Position numbers and translations under genes: made by a program. Shown here piece by piece: positions 26,652 to 38,448 of a stretch of DNA of 64,000 nt (its first letter is position 1; every line of letters begins with the position of its first letter). The DNA lies in NCBI GenBank assembly GCA_050250935.1, contig JBFWNS010000006.1, forward strand, positions 32,001 to 96,000, in the 5' to 3' direction. A model generated the notes under the pieces. It saw nothing but the letters and a program-made list of their open reading frames with translations. It ran no database searches and was not told the DNA's origin. This stretch comes from Candidatus Margulisiibacteriota bacterium (GTDB lineage Bacteria; Margulisbacteria; Marinamargulisbacteria; JBFWNS01).

Positions 26652-29600
26652 TTAAGGCTTTTTGAAGGTTAAAATCCGATACACACAGGGTACCACAAAA
26701 AGGGTCAGCAAGGTGGATACGGTGACCCCTCCAATCACGGATAAGGCCATGGGAACCCGGCTTTCTGCCCCAGGTCCTAAGGCCAAGGCAGCGGGCAAGG
26801 CACCGGTGATGGTGGCCAACGAAGTCATTAAAATGGGGCGTAGTCGTAAAGGACAGGCCTCGAGCAGTGCGTCGCTAACCGAAAGGCCAGATTCTCGTTT
26901 TTGATTGGTAAAGTCCACCAATAAAATCCCGTTTTTAAGGACAATCCCTAAGACCAGCATAATTCCAATCAAACTAAAAATGTTCAGGGATTGGTTGTTC
27001 ATTAATAAGGCCACAAAGACCCCAGAAATGCTAAAGGGCAGGGCAAAAAAGATAATGAACGGATACAAGAAGCTGTTAAATTGCGATGCCAACACCATGT
27101 AGGCCACACAAAGACCCAACCCCATGGCCAATAAAATGCCCCCAAACGAATCGTTAAAGGATTCTGAACTGCCACTGAATTGGGCATAATAGCCTTTGGG
27201 CAAAGTGGCTTTTGCCAGCCGTTGAACCTCTGCAAGGGCTGCTGCCTGGGATTTTCCAGGGGCAATGTTGGCCGATAAGGTGATGGCCCGTTCTCGGTTT
27301 TCTCGGGTAATCTGCTGAAGGATTTTTTTCTCTTTAAGGGTCACCACTTTGCCAATCGAGACCAGTTCGCCCCGGTTGTTGCGAACATAGAGGTTGTTGA
27401 TGTCTTCAGGGGTGTTTCGGAACCCATCTTGAAGCCGAACCCGAATATCGAGTCGGGTGGTTCCTTTGGTAAATTGTCCGGCCACGGCCCCACCAATCAT
27501 GGTTTGAATGACCTTGTTGATTTCAGAGACATTGACGCCCATTTTTTCGGCTTGTTCACGGTTGGGAATGATTTGAATTTCGGGGAGACCTTCCAAATAG
27601 TCCGAATCTACGTCCGTCATCAGACCGCTGGCGGCCATTTTGGCTTGGAGTTTTTCGGCGCTGGCGGCCAGTGTTTTCCATTCTGGGCCTTTAACACTCA
27701 CCTCGACAGGGAAACCTTTGCGTTCCATGAATCCGCGGTTGGAGTTGTCTTTAACCAGGACTTTAATGCCTTTGATGGTTTTGAATTTGGCCCGTAATTC
27801 GTCGGCGATTTCGCGTTGGGTATAGCGTTTGCCGGTTTGGGGGTTGATGGGTCGTTCGTTTTTGTTTTTGAGCTGAATAAAGCCCCGTCCTGCATTCACG
27901 TCGGTACCGCCGATGGCACCCAAATAGGTTTCCATGCCTGGGGTTTTGGCCAAGACGGCCTCAACTTTGGCCAGGCGTTTGTCCATGATGTCGATGGAAA
28001 CCCCCAAGGGCGCTCGCATGACCAGGGAAATTCGACCGGTATCTTGATAGGGCATAAATTCTTGGGGCAAAAATTGGGTCAGTTGTGTGCTGGCTGCAAA
28101 CAACACCACGGCTAAGGCTAAGGTTATAAAGGGATGCTTGAGAACCCCGGCTAGACCCCGTTTGTAGCCTTTTGCTAGCGCCTGCATGCCGGTGTCCAGG
28201 GCAGCGGTTAGCCAGTTGGTTTTGTGGTGGGTTCCCAACATTCTGGCGCAGCGCATGGGGGTCAAGGTTAAGGCTTCCACCATCGACAGGGCTACGGCAA
28301 CACTTAAGGTAAGCCCAAACTCAAACAAATAAGCCCCGATAATCCCTTTTACAAAAATAACGGGTAAGAAGATGGCAATCAGCGAGGCGCTGGTGGCTAC
28401 CACGGCCATGAAAATTTCTTGGGTCCCTTCGATGGCTGCTGTCATTTTGTCTTTGCCCATCTCTTGGTGGCGGGTAATGTTTTCCAGAATCATAATGGCA
28501 TCGTCCACGATAATGCCGATGGCCAAGGACAGACCCAACAGGGTGAAGGTGTTCAGGGTGAATCCGAAATAGCTGAGGGCCACAAATGTTCCTAAAATGG
28601 CCGTTGGAATGGCCAAGACCACATTGATTGTTGCGCCCAAAGACCCCAAAAACAACCAACAAACCAAAGAGGTTAAAATGGCCGAAAAAATCAAGGTGAA
28701 CATGGTTTCATGAATGGCATCGGCAATATAGGTGGTGGAATCAAAGGCAATGGCGAAGCGAATGTCCGAGCCATATTGGCCTTGAAGTTCTTTCATTCGG
28801 GCTTTAATGGCATCGCCAACCTCGACGGCATTGGAGCCTCGTTGCTTTTTAAAGCCAAGGCCGACACAAGGGGTTTGATTGACTCTGGCAATGCTGCGGT
28901 TGTTGGCCAATCCAAAATTAATCGAGGCGACTTGTCCCAGGGTTAATGTGGTGAAATTTAATGCCCCTCCCCGTTTAAGCAGGGGAAGTTCGCGAAATTC
29001 TGCCAGGGTCCTGGCTTCCCCATAGGTTCTGGCATTTTTTTCGAAGGTTTTGGCTTCGAGATGTCCCGCAGGCAATTCCACATGTTCTTGGCTGATGGCG
29101 GTTAAGATATCGGTGCTGGACAAATACAGTTTGTTTAAAGCAACGGGGTTTACATCCACCAGGAGATTGGGATCAATGAATCCCGCCAATTGAATATCGG
29201 CTACCCCAGAAATGGTGGAAAATTGGCCTTTGATTTTGTCCCGCACCATGGCCATGAGCTCTTCTCGGCTAAAGACGTTGGAGGCCAAGGTAATGTAAAT
29301 GATAGGCCGATCTTCGGGGTTGGTTTTGCTAATGATGGGGGGATCCATGTTTTTGGGCAAAGACCGTTGGGCTCTGGCCACAGCGGCTTGAATGTCTTGA
29401 ACGGCCACATCAATGTCGGTTCCCAGTTCAAATTCGGCGGTTACGGAAGCCCCTTGGGTTTTCGAGACCGAATACGTTCCTTTAATGCCTTGTACCGAGG
29501 CAATAGCACCTTCGATGACGTCCACCACCTGGGTTTCATTCAGTTCAGGAGAGGCCCCTTCCCAATTTAAATCGATGCTGACGACGGGGAAATCGACATC

Positions 29601-29714
29601 GGGAAACTCGCTAATGCCCAGTTGTCGAAAACAGAGGTATCCAAAAAAAACCAAAGCCACCATCATCATCCAGGTAAACACATGGCGTTTTACAAAAAAT
29701 GATACAAAATTCAC
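26652..29714 (-). CDS. RND efflux transporter, AcrB/AcrD/AcrF family
   Basis: FPDVDFP, GIIVDDAI, KNGILLVDF, RLRPILMTS. Confidence 0.95.
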   Translation of the reverse strand: MNFVSFFVKRHVFTWMMMVALVFFGYLCFRQLGISEFPDVDFPVVSIDLNWEGASPELNETQVVDVIEGAIASVQGIKGTYSVSKTQGASVTAEFELGTDIDVAVQDIQAAVARAQRSLPKNMDPPIISKTNPEDRPIIYITLASNVFSREELMAMVRDKIKGQFSTISGVADIQLAGFIDPNLLVDVNPVALNKLYLSSTDILTAISQEHVELPAGHLEAKTFEKNARTYGEARTLAEFRELPLLKRGGALNFTTLTLGQVASINFGLANNRSIARVNQTPCVGLGFKKQRGSNAVEVGDAIKARMKELQGQYGSDIRFAIAFDSTTYIADAIHETMFTLIFSAILTSLVCWLFLGSLGATINVVLAIPTAILGTFVALSYFGFTLNTFTLLGLSLAIGIIVDDAIMILENITRHQEMGKDKMTAAIEGTQEIFMAVVATSASLIAIFLPVIFVKGIIGAYLFEFGLTLSVAVALSMVEALTLTPMRCARMLGTHHKTNWLTAALDTGMQALAKGYKRGLAGVLKHPFITLALAVVLFAASTQLTQFLPQEFMPYQDTGRISLVMRAPLGVSIDIMDKRLAKVEAVLAKTPGMETYLGAIGGTDVNAGRGFIQLKNKNERPINPQTGKRYTQREIADELRAKFKTIKGIKVLVKDNSNRGFMERKGFPVEVSVKGPEWKTLAASAEKLQAKMAASGLMTDVDSDYLEGLPEIQIIPNREQAEKMGVNVSEINKVIQTMIGGAVAGQFTKGTTRLDIRVRLQDGFRNTPEDINNLYVRNNRGELVSIGKVVTLKEKKILQQITRENRERAITLSANIAPGKSQAAALAEVQRLAKATLPKGYYAQFSGSSESFNDSFGGILLAMGLGLCVAYMVLASQFNSFLYPFIIFFALPFSISGVFVALLMNNQSLNIFSLIGIMLVLGIVLKNGILLVDFTNQKRESGLSVSDALLEACPLRLRPILMTSLATITGALPAALALGPGAESRVPMALSVIGGVTVSTLLTLFVVPCVYRILTFKKP

Positions 29715-30952
29715 AAACTGTCTCCTGCGGCAATTTGAAGCTGAAGTTGGGCTTGATGGTCTTGAATCAGGGCGGTGTCTCGGGTCTGGAGGGCGTCATA
29801 GAGCATTCCCAAGGCTTGTAAAACATCGACATTGGTGACCAGTTTAAGCTCGTATTCCCCCAAAACAGAGCTGTAGTTTTTTTGCGCAATGGTTACAGCG
29901 GTTGAGGCCGACCGCTGAAGCGCTTTAAGGGATATATAGCTGCGATAGGCACGGTCAACATTGGATTGAACGGCGGTCTGGATGTTGGCCAAAACCAGTT
30001 TGTTTTCGCGAATAGAGGCTTCGAGGGCTGTTATTTTGGCGTTGTTTAGCCCGCCATCGATTAAAGGAAAGGCCATGCTGCCACCAATTTGCCAGGTGAA
30101 TCGGTCGATGGTGCTGTTTTTAATGTATTGGGGCACCAAAGAAAGCCCCAAATCGGGCAGGGGATTGGCCTGTTGAGCGGCCAGTTGTTCGGACAAGGCG
30201 TCGAGGGTGGCCTGTTGGGTTAAAAGGCTGGGGTGTCGTTTGGCTTTTTCTATCCATGCAGGTTTGGGTGCTGGTGTGGATGGTTTTGGTGAGTCAACCG
30301 ACACCGTGTCCGAAAATCCGGTCAAATAGGCCAATTGGGTGTGGGCGTCGTCGAGTTGCCGTTGGGTTTGGATCAGGGCAGTTTGAAGTTGTTGAAGCTG
30401 TAATTGGGTGGCCAAAACATCGGCTTGTCTGGACCGACCAATGGTGGCCCAGCTTTGCAATTGGGACAACCGTTTTTTAACCAGGGTTTCGATGGTGTGT
30501 TGATTGGCCAAGGTTTTTTCAAGCAAGATAATGTTAAAAAATGCCTCAGAAACCGTCGATAAAATCGACAGACGTTGTTGTTGGTCTGCACTTAAAATGC
30601 TGGCATAGCCATGTTCGGCTGCCGCAATTTGGTGTTTGTTTTTGGACCAAAGATCCACCAAAAGTCCTGCCGACAATCCCAGGGTAAAGGTGGTGTCTTC
30701 TTTGCCGGAAACCGAAGTTTGGGCATTGGTTCTGAGGCTAGAGGTTAGGCTGGCTTGAAACTGATTTTGGGCTTCAAGTTGCTGAACCGTGCTTTTTTGT
30801 TGGGTCAGTTGTTCTTGGGTTAGGGTCTTTTGGGCGTTTTTTTTCAAGGCTGCTTGGTAAGCTTCTGCTAATGTAACCGCCCCAAGATGGGTTTGAATCA
30901 GCCATCCAAGAACCAGACAAACGCCGGCTATTTGTCGTGTTTTTTGTGACAT
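29711..30952 (-). CDS. TolC family outer-membrane efflux protein
   Basis: Signal peptide from MSQKT (or MPK at 30961); VTLAEAYQAAL, FPLIDGG, DVLQA; helical repeats. Confidence 0.85.
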   Translation of the reverse strand: MSQKTRQIAGVCLVLGWLIQTHLGAVTLAEAYQAALKKNAQKTLTQEQLTQQKSTVQQLEAQNQFQASLTSSLRTNAQTSVSGKEDTTFTLGLSAGLLVDLWSKNKHQIAAAEHGYASILSADQQQRLSILSTVSEAFFNIILLEKTLANQHTIETLVKKRLSQLQSWATIGRSRQADVLATQLQLQQLQTALIQTQRQLDDAHTQLAYLTGFSDTVSVDSPKPSTPAPKPAWIEKAKRHPSLLTQQATLDALSEQLAAQQANPLPDLGLSLVPQYIKNSTIDRFTWQIGGSMAFPLIDGGLNNAKITALEASIRENKLVLANIQTAVQSNVDRAYRSYISLKALQRSASTAVTIAQKNYSSVLGEYELKLVTNVDVLQALGMLYDALQTRDTALIQDHQAQLQLQIAAGDSL

Positions 30953-31368
30953 TTTTGGCATTGCCCATAAATATGCAAAGACCGGTATTCGGGGTGAAAC
31001 TCGATGCGTTTGCACAGCTCTTCCAAATGGGCGGCGATGATGTCGTCTTTGATTTCCAAGATTTTGCCACAGGTGTTGCAGATCAGGTGGTCGTGTTCTT
31101 TGTTGCCAATTTTTCGTTCGTAATAGACCTTGCCATCTCGGGTTGAAATTTTTTGAAGCAGCCCTGCGTCCAACAATTGTTTGACGGTTCGATAGACGGT
31201 AGCCCGGGATAGCTTTTTGTTTTCGGTGTAGAGTCGGCTAATGAAGGCATCAATTTCAAAATGATGTTTAACCTTGAAAATTTCTTCTGCAATCAGCCGC
31301 TTTTGGGCGGTGTATCGCCCTTCGTGTGTGCTTAAAAACTCTTCGAAAATTTTGTGTGGGCTCTTCAT
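30928..31368 (-). CDS. Fur family transcriptional regulator (Fur/Zur/PerR subgroup unresolved)
   Basis: RYTAQK, SRATVYRT, HDHLICNTCG, YGQCQKC. Confidence 0.93.
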   Translation of the reverse strand: MKSPHKIFEEFLSTHEGRYTAQKRLIAEEIFKVKHHFEIDAFISRLYTENKKLSRATVYRTVKQLLDAGLLQKISTRDGKVYYERKIGNKEHDHLICNTCGKILEIKDDIIAAHLEELCKRIEFHPEYRSLHIYGQCQKCHKKHDK

Positions 31369-31772
31369 CGGTGACGGTGACTGTGTTTTGCAATCGATGC
31401 AATGCCAATGTCAACGGTCAAGACGTGATCCACCAATTTGTCGATGCATTGTCGAATGTAAAACATCAACTTGGTATTTGGGATTTTGTCGTTGAAATAT
31501 TTGCGAAGCAAAGTCACCCGGGATCTGAAGATTTCGTGCTCCACGCGGTGGTGGTCCAGACCGTTGTACTTGTGCTTGCGCATCAGGTTTTCTTCTTCTT
31601 GGAAATGTTCAATCACATAGGCTTCGAGGAACACCACGATTTTTTCTATTTCGGTACGTGGGTCTTCGCCAAAAGCTTCGTCAAGCATCTTGGTGAGGGT
31701 AAACAGCTCACGGTGATGGTTGTCGATGGACTCGTTGCCGACTTCATATTCAGGGGACCAAAGCTTTTCCAT
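31365..31772 (-). CDS. Single-domain bacteriohemerythrin
   Basis: W..EY.VG..SIDNHH, HFQEEE, HHRVEH, HVLTVD. Confidence 0.92.
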   Translation of the reverse strand: MEKLWSPEYEVGNESIDNHHRELFTLTKMLDEAFGEDPRTEIEKIVVFLEAYVIEHFQEEENLMRKHKYNGLDHHRVEHEIFRSRVTLLRKYFNDKIPNTKLMFYIRQCIDKLVDHVLTVDIGIASIAKHSHRHR

Positions 31773-31782
31773 AGGGTCTTTG

Positions 31783-31811
31783 ACTTTATCCGGTTTTCAA
31801 ATCACTGTCAA
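31783..31811 (-). promoter_or_regulatory. Sigma70-type promoter of the hemerythrin-fur-tolC-RND operon
   Basis: TTGACA-17 nt-TAAAGT, ending 10 nt before the ATG. Confidence 0.65.
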
Positions 31812-31842
31812 AGAAAACCAAAACAGTGTTAAATAACACATC

Positions 31843-32589
31843 ATGAGCCGTTGGATGATTCCCTTTTCAATTTTTCTGTTAATGGGCATTGCCCTGCCGA
31901 TTCAAGCCCAAGATGGGGTGTTGGTTGCGGGGTTTACCGATTTTTTTTCCTTTGGAAAACCCAAAAAAGCAGAGGTGGTCGAGGTTAAAAAACCAAAACC
32001 GTTGCCCACCTTGGAAGGATCGCCTACCCGCAATCAAATTTTAATGGATTTGGATTCGGCCAAAAAGCAACTTCAAGCCGATAAGCTTTCCGGTGCCATG
32101 GATCTTCTCACGGCGGTTGTGTCGCGGATCAAAGAGGAACAACGTCGGCAACTGATGCTGTTTTTTCCCGAAAAATGGGCGGATTTCACCCTTAAAGAAG
32201 AGCTTAAAACCGACCTGTCTGCCCAATCAAACGACAGTTATGGGGTGATGCTGGTGCGTCATTATGCCAATAAAGACGGGGTCCGGGTTGATGTTTCTTT
32301 GGTTCTCAATGACCCTGCCATCGAAGAATATGTAGGGTTGATTAAAAACCCCGACCAGATCAAAAAAATCGAAAACGCAGAGCTTATTCATGTTCGTGGG
32401 GCGTCCAAAGCCCAATATTTGGGCATCCAGAAATTTTCGAAAGACCAACGATATTTGGAGCAAAACATTGTGGTGAACCCCGATATCTTGCTGAATATTG
32501 TTGCGGATGGGGTTACCGATAAATCGGCTTTTGAGGCCCTGGTTGCGAAGGTGGATTTGGCAGGTATTGCCGCGTACCTAGACCGATAA
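31843..32589 (+). CDS. Hypothetical exported protein
   Basis: Signal peptide ending IQA; 248-aa ORF; no family recognised. Confidence 0.7.
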   Translation: MSRWMIPFSIFLLMGIALPIQAQDGVLVAGFTDFFSFGKPKKAEVVEVKKPKPLPTLEGSPTRNQILMDLDSAKKQLQADKLSGAMDLLTAVVSRIKEEQRRQLMLFFPEKWADFTLKEELKTDLSAQSNDSYGVMLVRHYANKDGVRVDVSLVLNDPAIEEYVGLIKNPDQIKKIENAELIHVRGASKAQYLGIQKFSKDQRYLEQNIVVNPDILLNIVADGVTDKSAFEALVAKVDLAGIAAYLDR

Positions 32590-32661
32590 TCAAAAGCCCT
32601 TGAGCCGGGCTTGTTGGGTGTGTTATCATCCCCAGTCCTCTGGTATACTCTTTTTTTGTAA

Positions 32662-32737
32662 GCTCCTGTAGCTCAGTCGGTAGAGCGCATCCATGGTAAG
32701 GATGAGGTCATCGGTTCGATCCCGTTCGGGAGCTCCA
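32662..32737 (+). tRNA. tRNA-Thr (GGT)
   Basis: GCTCCTGTAGCTCAGTCGGTAGAGCGCATCCATGGTAAGGATGAGGTCATCGGTTCGATCCCGTTCGGGAGCTCCA; upstream TGgTATACT. Confidence 0.97.
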
Positions 32738-32766
32738 TCGCCAGTGTGATTTTGTAGAAGGTAAAC

Positions 32767-33435
32767 ATGCACCCCCCCAATTTGCCAAAAGTTGTCATGC
32801 CCAATTCGTCAAAAGTTGTCATGATTGATTACGGTGCTGGAAATCTGGCGAGTGTGCACCACATGGTGTTGCGTGTGGGTTACGATATGGTGGTCAGCGC
32901 GGATCCCGCTGTTGTCGAGGCGGCAGATGTGGTTGTTTTTCCTGGGCAAGGTGCCTTTGGCGAGGCCATGGCGGCCCTAAACCGAACTGGTTTATCCGAT
33001 GTTCTTCGCCGTCATTTACAGGCAGAAAAACCGTATTTGGGCATTTGCTTAGGATTACAATTGTTGTTTGAAGGTTCAGAAGAAGCGCCCGGAGTGCCTG
33101 GATTGGGCGTGTTTCCCGGTCAAGTTAAGCGGTTTTCGATGTTGCCAAAAGCCCTTAAAATTCCCCACATGGGCTGGAATGCGGTTGAAGCAACAAACCC
33201 AAATAATCCGATGTTTGAAGGGGTGGATCAGGGGTATTTTTATTTTGTGCATTCGTACTATGTTCCCGAATTGTCGGACTCTTTGATGGCGGCTACCACG
33301 ACCTATGGCCATCGTTTTACCTCGGCCATTCAAACCGAATCGGTGTTGGCAGTGCAGTTTCACCCCGAAAAAAGCAGCGACAATGGTCATCGGTTGTTAA
33401 CCTCTTTTTTTAACCACAGTCTAGGGAGGATTTGA
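32767..33435 (+). CDS. hisH: Imidazole glycerol phosphate synthase glutaminase subunit
   Basis: IDYGAGNL, PGQGAF, GICLGLQ, PHMGWN, YFVHSY, QFHPEKS; start may be 32797. Confidence 0.95.
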   Translation: MHPPNLPKVVMPNSSKVVMIDYGAGNLASVHHMVLRVGYDMVVSADPAVVEAADVVVFPGQGAFGEAMAALNRTGLSDVLRRHLQAEKPYLGICLGLQLLFEGSEEAPGVPGLGVFPGQVKRFSMLPKALKIPHMGWNAVEATNPNNPMFEGVDQGYFYFVHSYYVPELSDSLMAATTTYGHRFTSAIQTESVLAVQFHPEKSSDNGHRLLTSFFNHSLGRI

Positions 33436-34376
33436 TGGATCATTCACTACCCGTTTTATTCGACCGTTTAAGAAAAGAAGAAACCCGTTGGGACGCGATT
33501 TTAGAACTCAAAATGATGCATTTTCCTGGCATTGCCAAAGCCCTGGTGCATTCCCTTCGGGATCCTGATTGGGTTGTCCGATGGGCTGTTGCCGAAAAAT
33601 TGGGCGATCTCCAAGATCCCATTGCCCTGGAAGGGTTGTGCGGGCTTTTGGCGGACCCAGATGTCCACGTTAAGCAGAATGCGGTCAAATCTATCTTAAA
33701 ATTTGGTTTGGCGGCAGTTCCGGCGTTGGTGGCCCAGTTTGCCAATGTGGATCCCAAGGTCAGAAAAGAAGTTTTGGCCCTGCTGTTGAGCTTGGGCGAT
33801 GAGTGTATCTACGATTTGGAGCGGGTTCTTAAAAAACAAGATTGGGTGGTGGGCAATCGCATTGTCGATACCATTTGGCGGTTGGGTGGCGAAAAAGCAG
33901 AGGATGCTTTGATTCGTGCCTTGTCGTTTAAGCCAGTCCAAAAAAACGTCATCATGATGTTGGGGATGATGAATAGCAAAAAGTCTATTCCCCATCTGAT
34001 TCATTTGTTCGAGCATTCGGGTTTACGGCGGTTGATTCTTTATACCCTGGCCAGGCTTGGCGAAGACGAGGTTGCGCCGCAGTTGATTAAGGCTCTAAGC
34101 CATCCTGATCAGGCGCTAATGGCCAAGGCGTTGATTGTTAAAATGGGAACGCCGATGTTGCCCTTTTTATTGAAGGCCTTGACCAAAAAAAGCAGTTTAC
34201 GACCCACATTGTTGGGTCTGATTGAACGCATTGGTCCTCAAAAAGCCATGCCGATTTTGCACAAGTTGGCTCAGAAGGATTCGGAAATCAAAGACCTTAC
34301 CAAGGCTTTGCGTAAAAAGTATCCCGATAAAGAAGCCCAAGATCCCTTGAGTTCGTTATTGGGTATTTTTAAATAA
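33432..34376 (+). CDS. HEAT/PBS-lyase repeat protein
   Basis: LRDPDWVVRWAVAEKLG, LADPDVHVKQNAV, DPKVRKEV repeats. Confidence 0.85.
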   Translation: MMDHSLPVLFDRLRKEETRWDAILELKMMHFPGIAKALVHSLRDPDWVVRWAVAEKLGDLQDPIALEGLCGLLADPDVHVKQNAVKSILKFGLAAVPALVAQFANVDPKVRKEVLALLLSLGDECIYDLERVLKKQDWVVGNRIVDTIWRLGGEKAEDALIRALSFKPVQKNVIMMLGMMNSKKSIPHLIHLFEHSGLRRLILYTLARLGEDEVAPQLIKALSHPDQALMAKALIVKMGTPMLPFLLKALTKKSSLRPTLLGLIERIGPQKAMPILHKLAQKDSEIKDLTKALRKKYPDKEAQDPLSSLLGIFK

Positions 34377-34379
34377 CGT

Positions 34380-36562
<2,183 letters not shown>

Positions 36563-36564
36563 GC

Positions 36565-36864
36565 CTAGACGTGAAGTCGGTTGTTGCAAGATCCGCAGGT
36601 GGTGGCGCCTGCTGGGTTGTCATGCCCGCATTTCGAGCATAAAACAGGGTTGGGCAGGGTTTCTTTGCTACCCATGGGGTTGCTCATTCGAATAAACGAG
36701 GCGTTACGCAAAACCAAGTACAAGGGAATGGCAACAATGGGCAGAAAAAAAACGCCAAGCAACACAATGGCGATAATGGTCCAAGAGACATTGCGACGTT
36801 TCAGGTCGGCCAAAATGGTCAACATGGTGGCCACCAACAAGCACAAGAGCAGGGTTTGGATCAT
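36565..36864 (-). CDS. Small membrane protein with C-terminal zinc ribbon
   Basis: Two TM segments; CSKCG...CGSC. Confidence 0.8.
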   Translation of the reverse strand: MIQTLLLCLLVATMLTILADLKRRNVSWTIIAIVLLGVFFLPIVAIPLYLVLRNASFIRMSNPMGSKETLPNPVLCSKCGHDNPAGATTCGSCNNRLHV

Positions 36865-37292
36865 GTCACTGGGGTCAGGGTTTTGCTAATGCGAACCGTG
36901 GTTCCTTTTCCGGGTTCAGATTCGATGGAGGCTTCAGACATCAGACTCTGGATGAAGGCCAATCCCAAACCCAGTCCCAATTTTTCTTCGGAGGCTTGTT
37001 TTTGTTCCGGGGTTCCAAGAGAACTCATGTTAAACCCTTTGCCCTGGTCTTTGACGACAATTTCCAATCGGTCTTCATGGCAGTAGCAGTCGATATCGAT
37101 GCGGCCTTCATGGGCTTCATAGGCGTGTTGAACGGCGTTGGTGCAGGCTTCGGATACGGCAATTTTAATGTCTTCGATTTCTTCAACCGTAAAATTCATC
37201 CGAGAGGCCAACCCCGATAGGGCAAGCCGAACCACGCCCACATAGTCGGACATTGCAGGAATCGTAAGATGAATGTGCTGGGTTTGGGTCAT
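36861..37292 (-). CDS. RsbW/SpoIIAB-type anti-sigma factor kinase
   Basis: EDIKIAVSEACTNAVQHAY, DQGKGF, GLGLAFI; ATG 37292 behind AAGGAGG. Confidence 0.92.
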   Translation of the reverse strand: MTQTQHIHLTIPAMSDYVGVVRLALSGLASRMNFTVEEIEDIKIAVSEACTNAVQHAYEAHEGRIDIDCYCHEDRLEIVVKDQGKGFNMSSLGTPEQKQASEEKLGLGLGLAFIQSLMSEASIESEPGKGTTVRISKTLTPVT

Positions 37293-37305
37293 AACAACAT
37301 CCTCC

Positions 37306-37662
37306 TTAAAGTTTGGCATGGGCGTTTTGAAAATCGGTTTCATGTTTGAACAGCTGAATATTTCGCTTGGTTAAGCCAGAAATCGACAACACTTTTTCAA
37401 CTTGGGGTTTGCTGGAAATAATGGAAATGGCCCCGTTTTTTTCGGCCAATCGCTTGGCGAAATGGGCAATGGTGCCCAGGCCAGTACTGTCGAGATAGTG
37501 GATGTCTTCAAGGTTAAGGGCCAGAGTGGACGCGCCGCTTTCGGTGACGGATTCAAGGGCTTTTCGTAGGTCAGGGCAGGTATACACATCAAGGTCGCCT
37601 CGAACGTGCAACACGGGAATCTGTTGCCATTGCGACTCTTCAACACTGAAGTTCAGGACCAT
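37306..37662 (-). CDS. RsbV/SpoIIAA-type STAS anti-anti-sigma factor
   Basis: GDLDVYT, YLDSTGLG with the phosphoacceptor Ser. Confidence 0.92.
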   Translation of the reverse strand: MVLNFSVEESQWQQIPVLHVRGDLDVYTCPDLRKALESVTESGASTLALNLEDIHYLDSTGLGTIAHFAKRLAEKNGAISIISSKPQVEKVLSISGLTKRNIQLFKHETDFQNAHAKL

Positions 37663-37826
37663 AGCAGTATTCTCCTAGAAGATGATCCCGAAAGTATACC
37701 GCAGCCGTTGTTGTGTTGTCACTTTTTTTTGATAATCTTCAGACGGTCTTCGTGACATTTCGGTCAAAATAAAGTATAACTCATTCCACTATTGTCCGAA
37801 AAAATTTACAGTAAAAGAGGTGAAGC

Positions 37827-38009
37827 ATGCCGAAAATTATCAAAGATAAGATTGACTACGATAAAGTCATTCGACGGTTAAATGAAGTGGGTAACTTAAG
37901 TCAGGTTTGCTTGGAATTGGATATCCCATTGGAATTTTTTCGGTCTCGTTTAAAACGTGACAAACTCAAAATTGTTAAGCAATATTCCTTAACGTCTGTA
38001 GAGGAATAA
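37827..38009 (+). CDS. Small Fis-like helix-turn-helix protein (paralog of 42493-42684)
   Basis: RBS GAGGTG; RLNEVGNLSQVCLELDI; similarity to the second copy. Confidence 0.75.
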   Translation: MPKIIKDKIDYDKVIRRLNEVGNLSQVCLELDIPLEFFRSRLKRDKLKIVKQYSLTSVEE

Positions 38010-38010
38010 C

Positions 38011-38448
38011 ATGGTCTCACTTGTTCTGGGTTCGGACCATGGTGGTTTTGAACTCAAAGAGAGACTGAAGCAGCACCTTATTCAAACGCATCCGGAAGTC
38101 GAGGTTGTGGATTTGGGAACCCATTCGACAGCTTCTGTGGACTATCCGGACTTTGCCAAGTCCGTTGCCCATGCCATTTTGGGCGGGAAGGCTGCTTTGG
38201 GCGTTTTGGTTTGTGGTACCGGCATTGGAATTTCTATTGCGGCGAATCGGTTTGATGGGATTCGCGCGGCGTTGGTTCATAATGCCTTTACGGCCGAAAT
38301 GGCCAAAGCCCATAACAACGCTAATGTGTTGTGTTTGGGGGGGAGAACCACCGAACCAGACTTGGCCTGTCAGCTGGTGGATATTTGGCTTAAAACCCCT
38401 TTTGAAGGAGGCCGACACCAAGGTCGGTTGGATAAGCTACGGGTTTAA
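38011..38448 (+). CDS. rpiB: Ribose-5-phosphate isomerase B
   Basis: GSDHGG, DYPDFA, CGTGIG, HNNANVL, FEGGRH. Confidence 0.96.
   Translation: MVSLVLGSDHGGFELKERLKQHLIQTHPEVEVVDLGTHSTASVDYPDFAKSVAHAILGGKAALGVLVCGTGIGISIAANRFDGIRAALVHNAFTAEMAKAHNNANVLCLGGRTTEPDLACQLVDIWLKTPFEGGRHQGRLDKLRV

Noticed and set aside
32691..32725. Aberrant tRNA-Thr (A32, one T-stem mismatch)
   Set aside because: A32 occurs in other bacterial Thr-GGT tRNAs and a single mismatch is tolerated; it looks functional.
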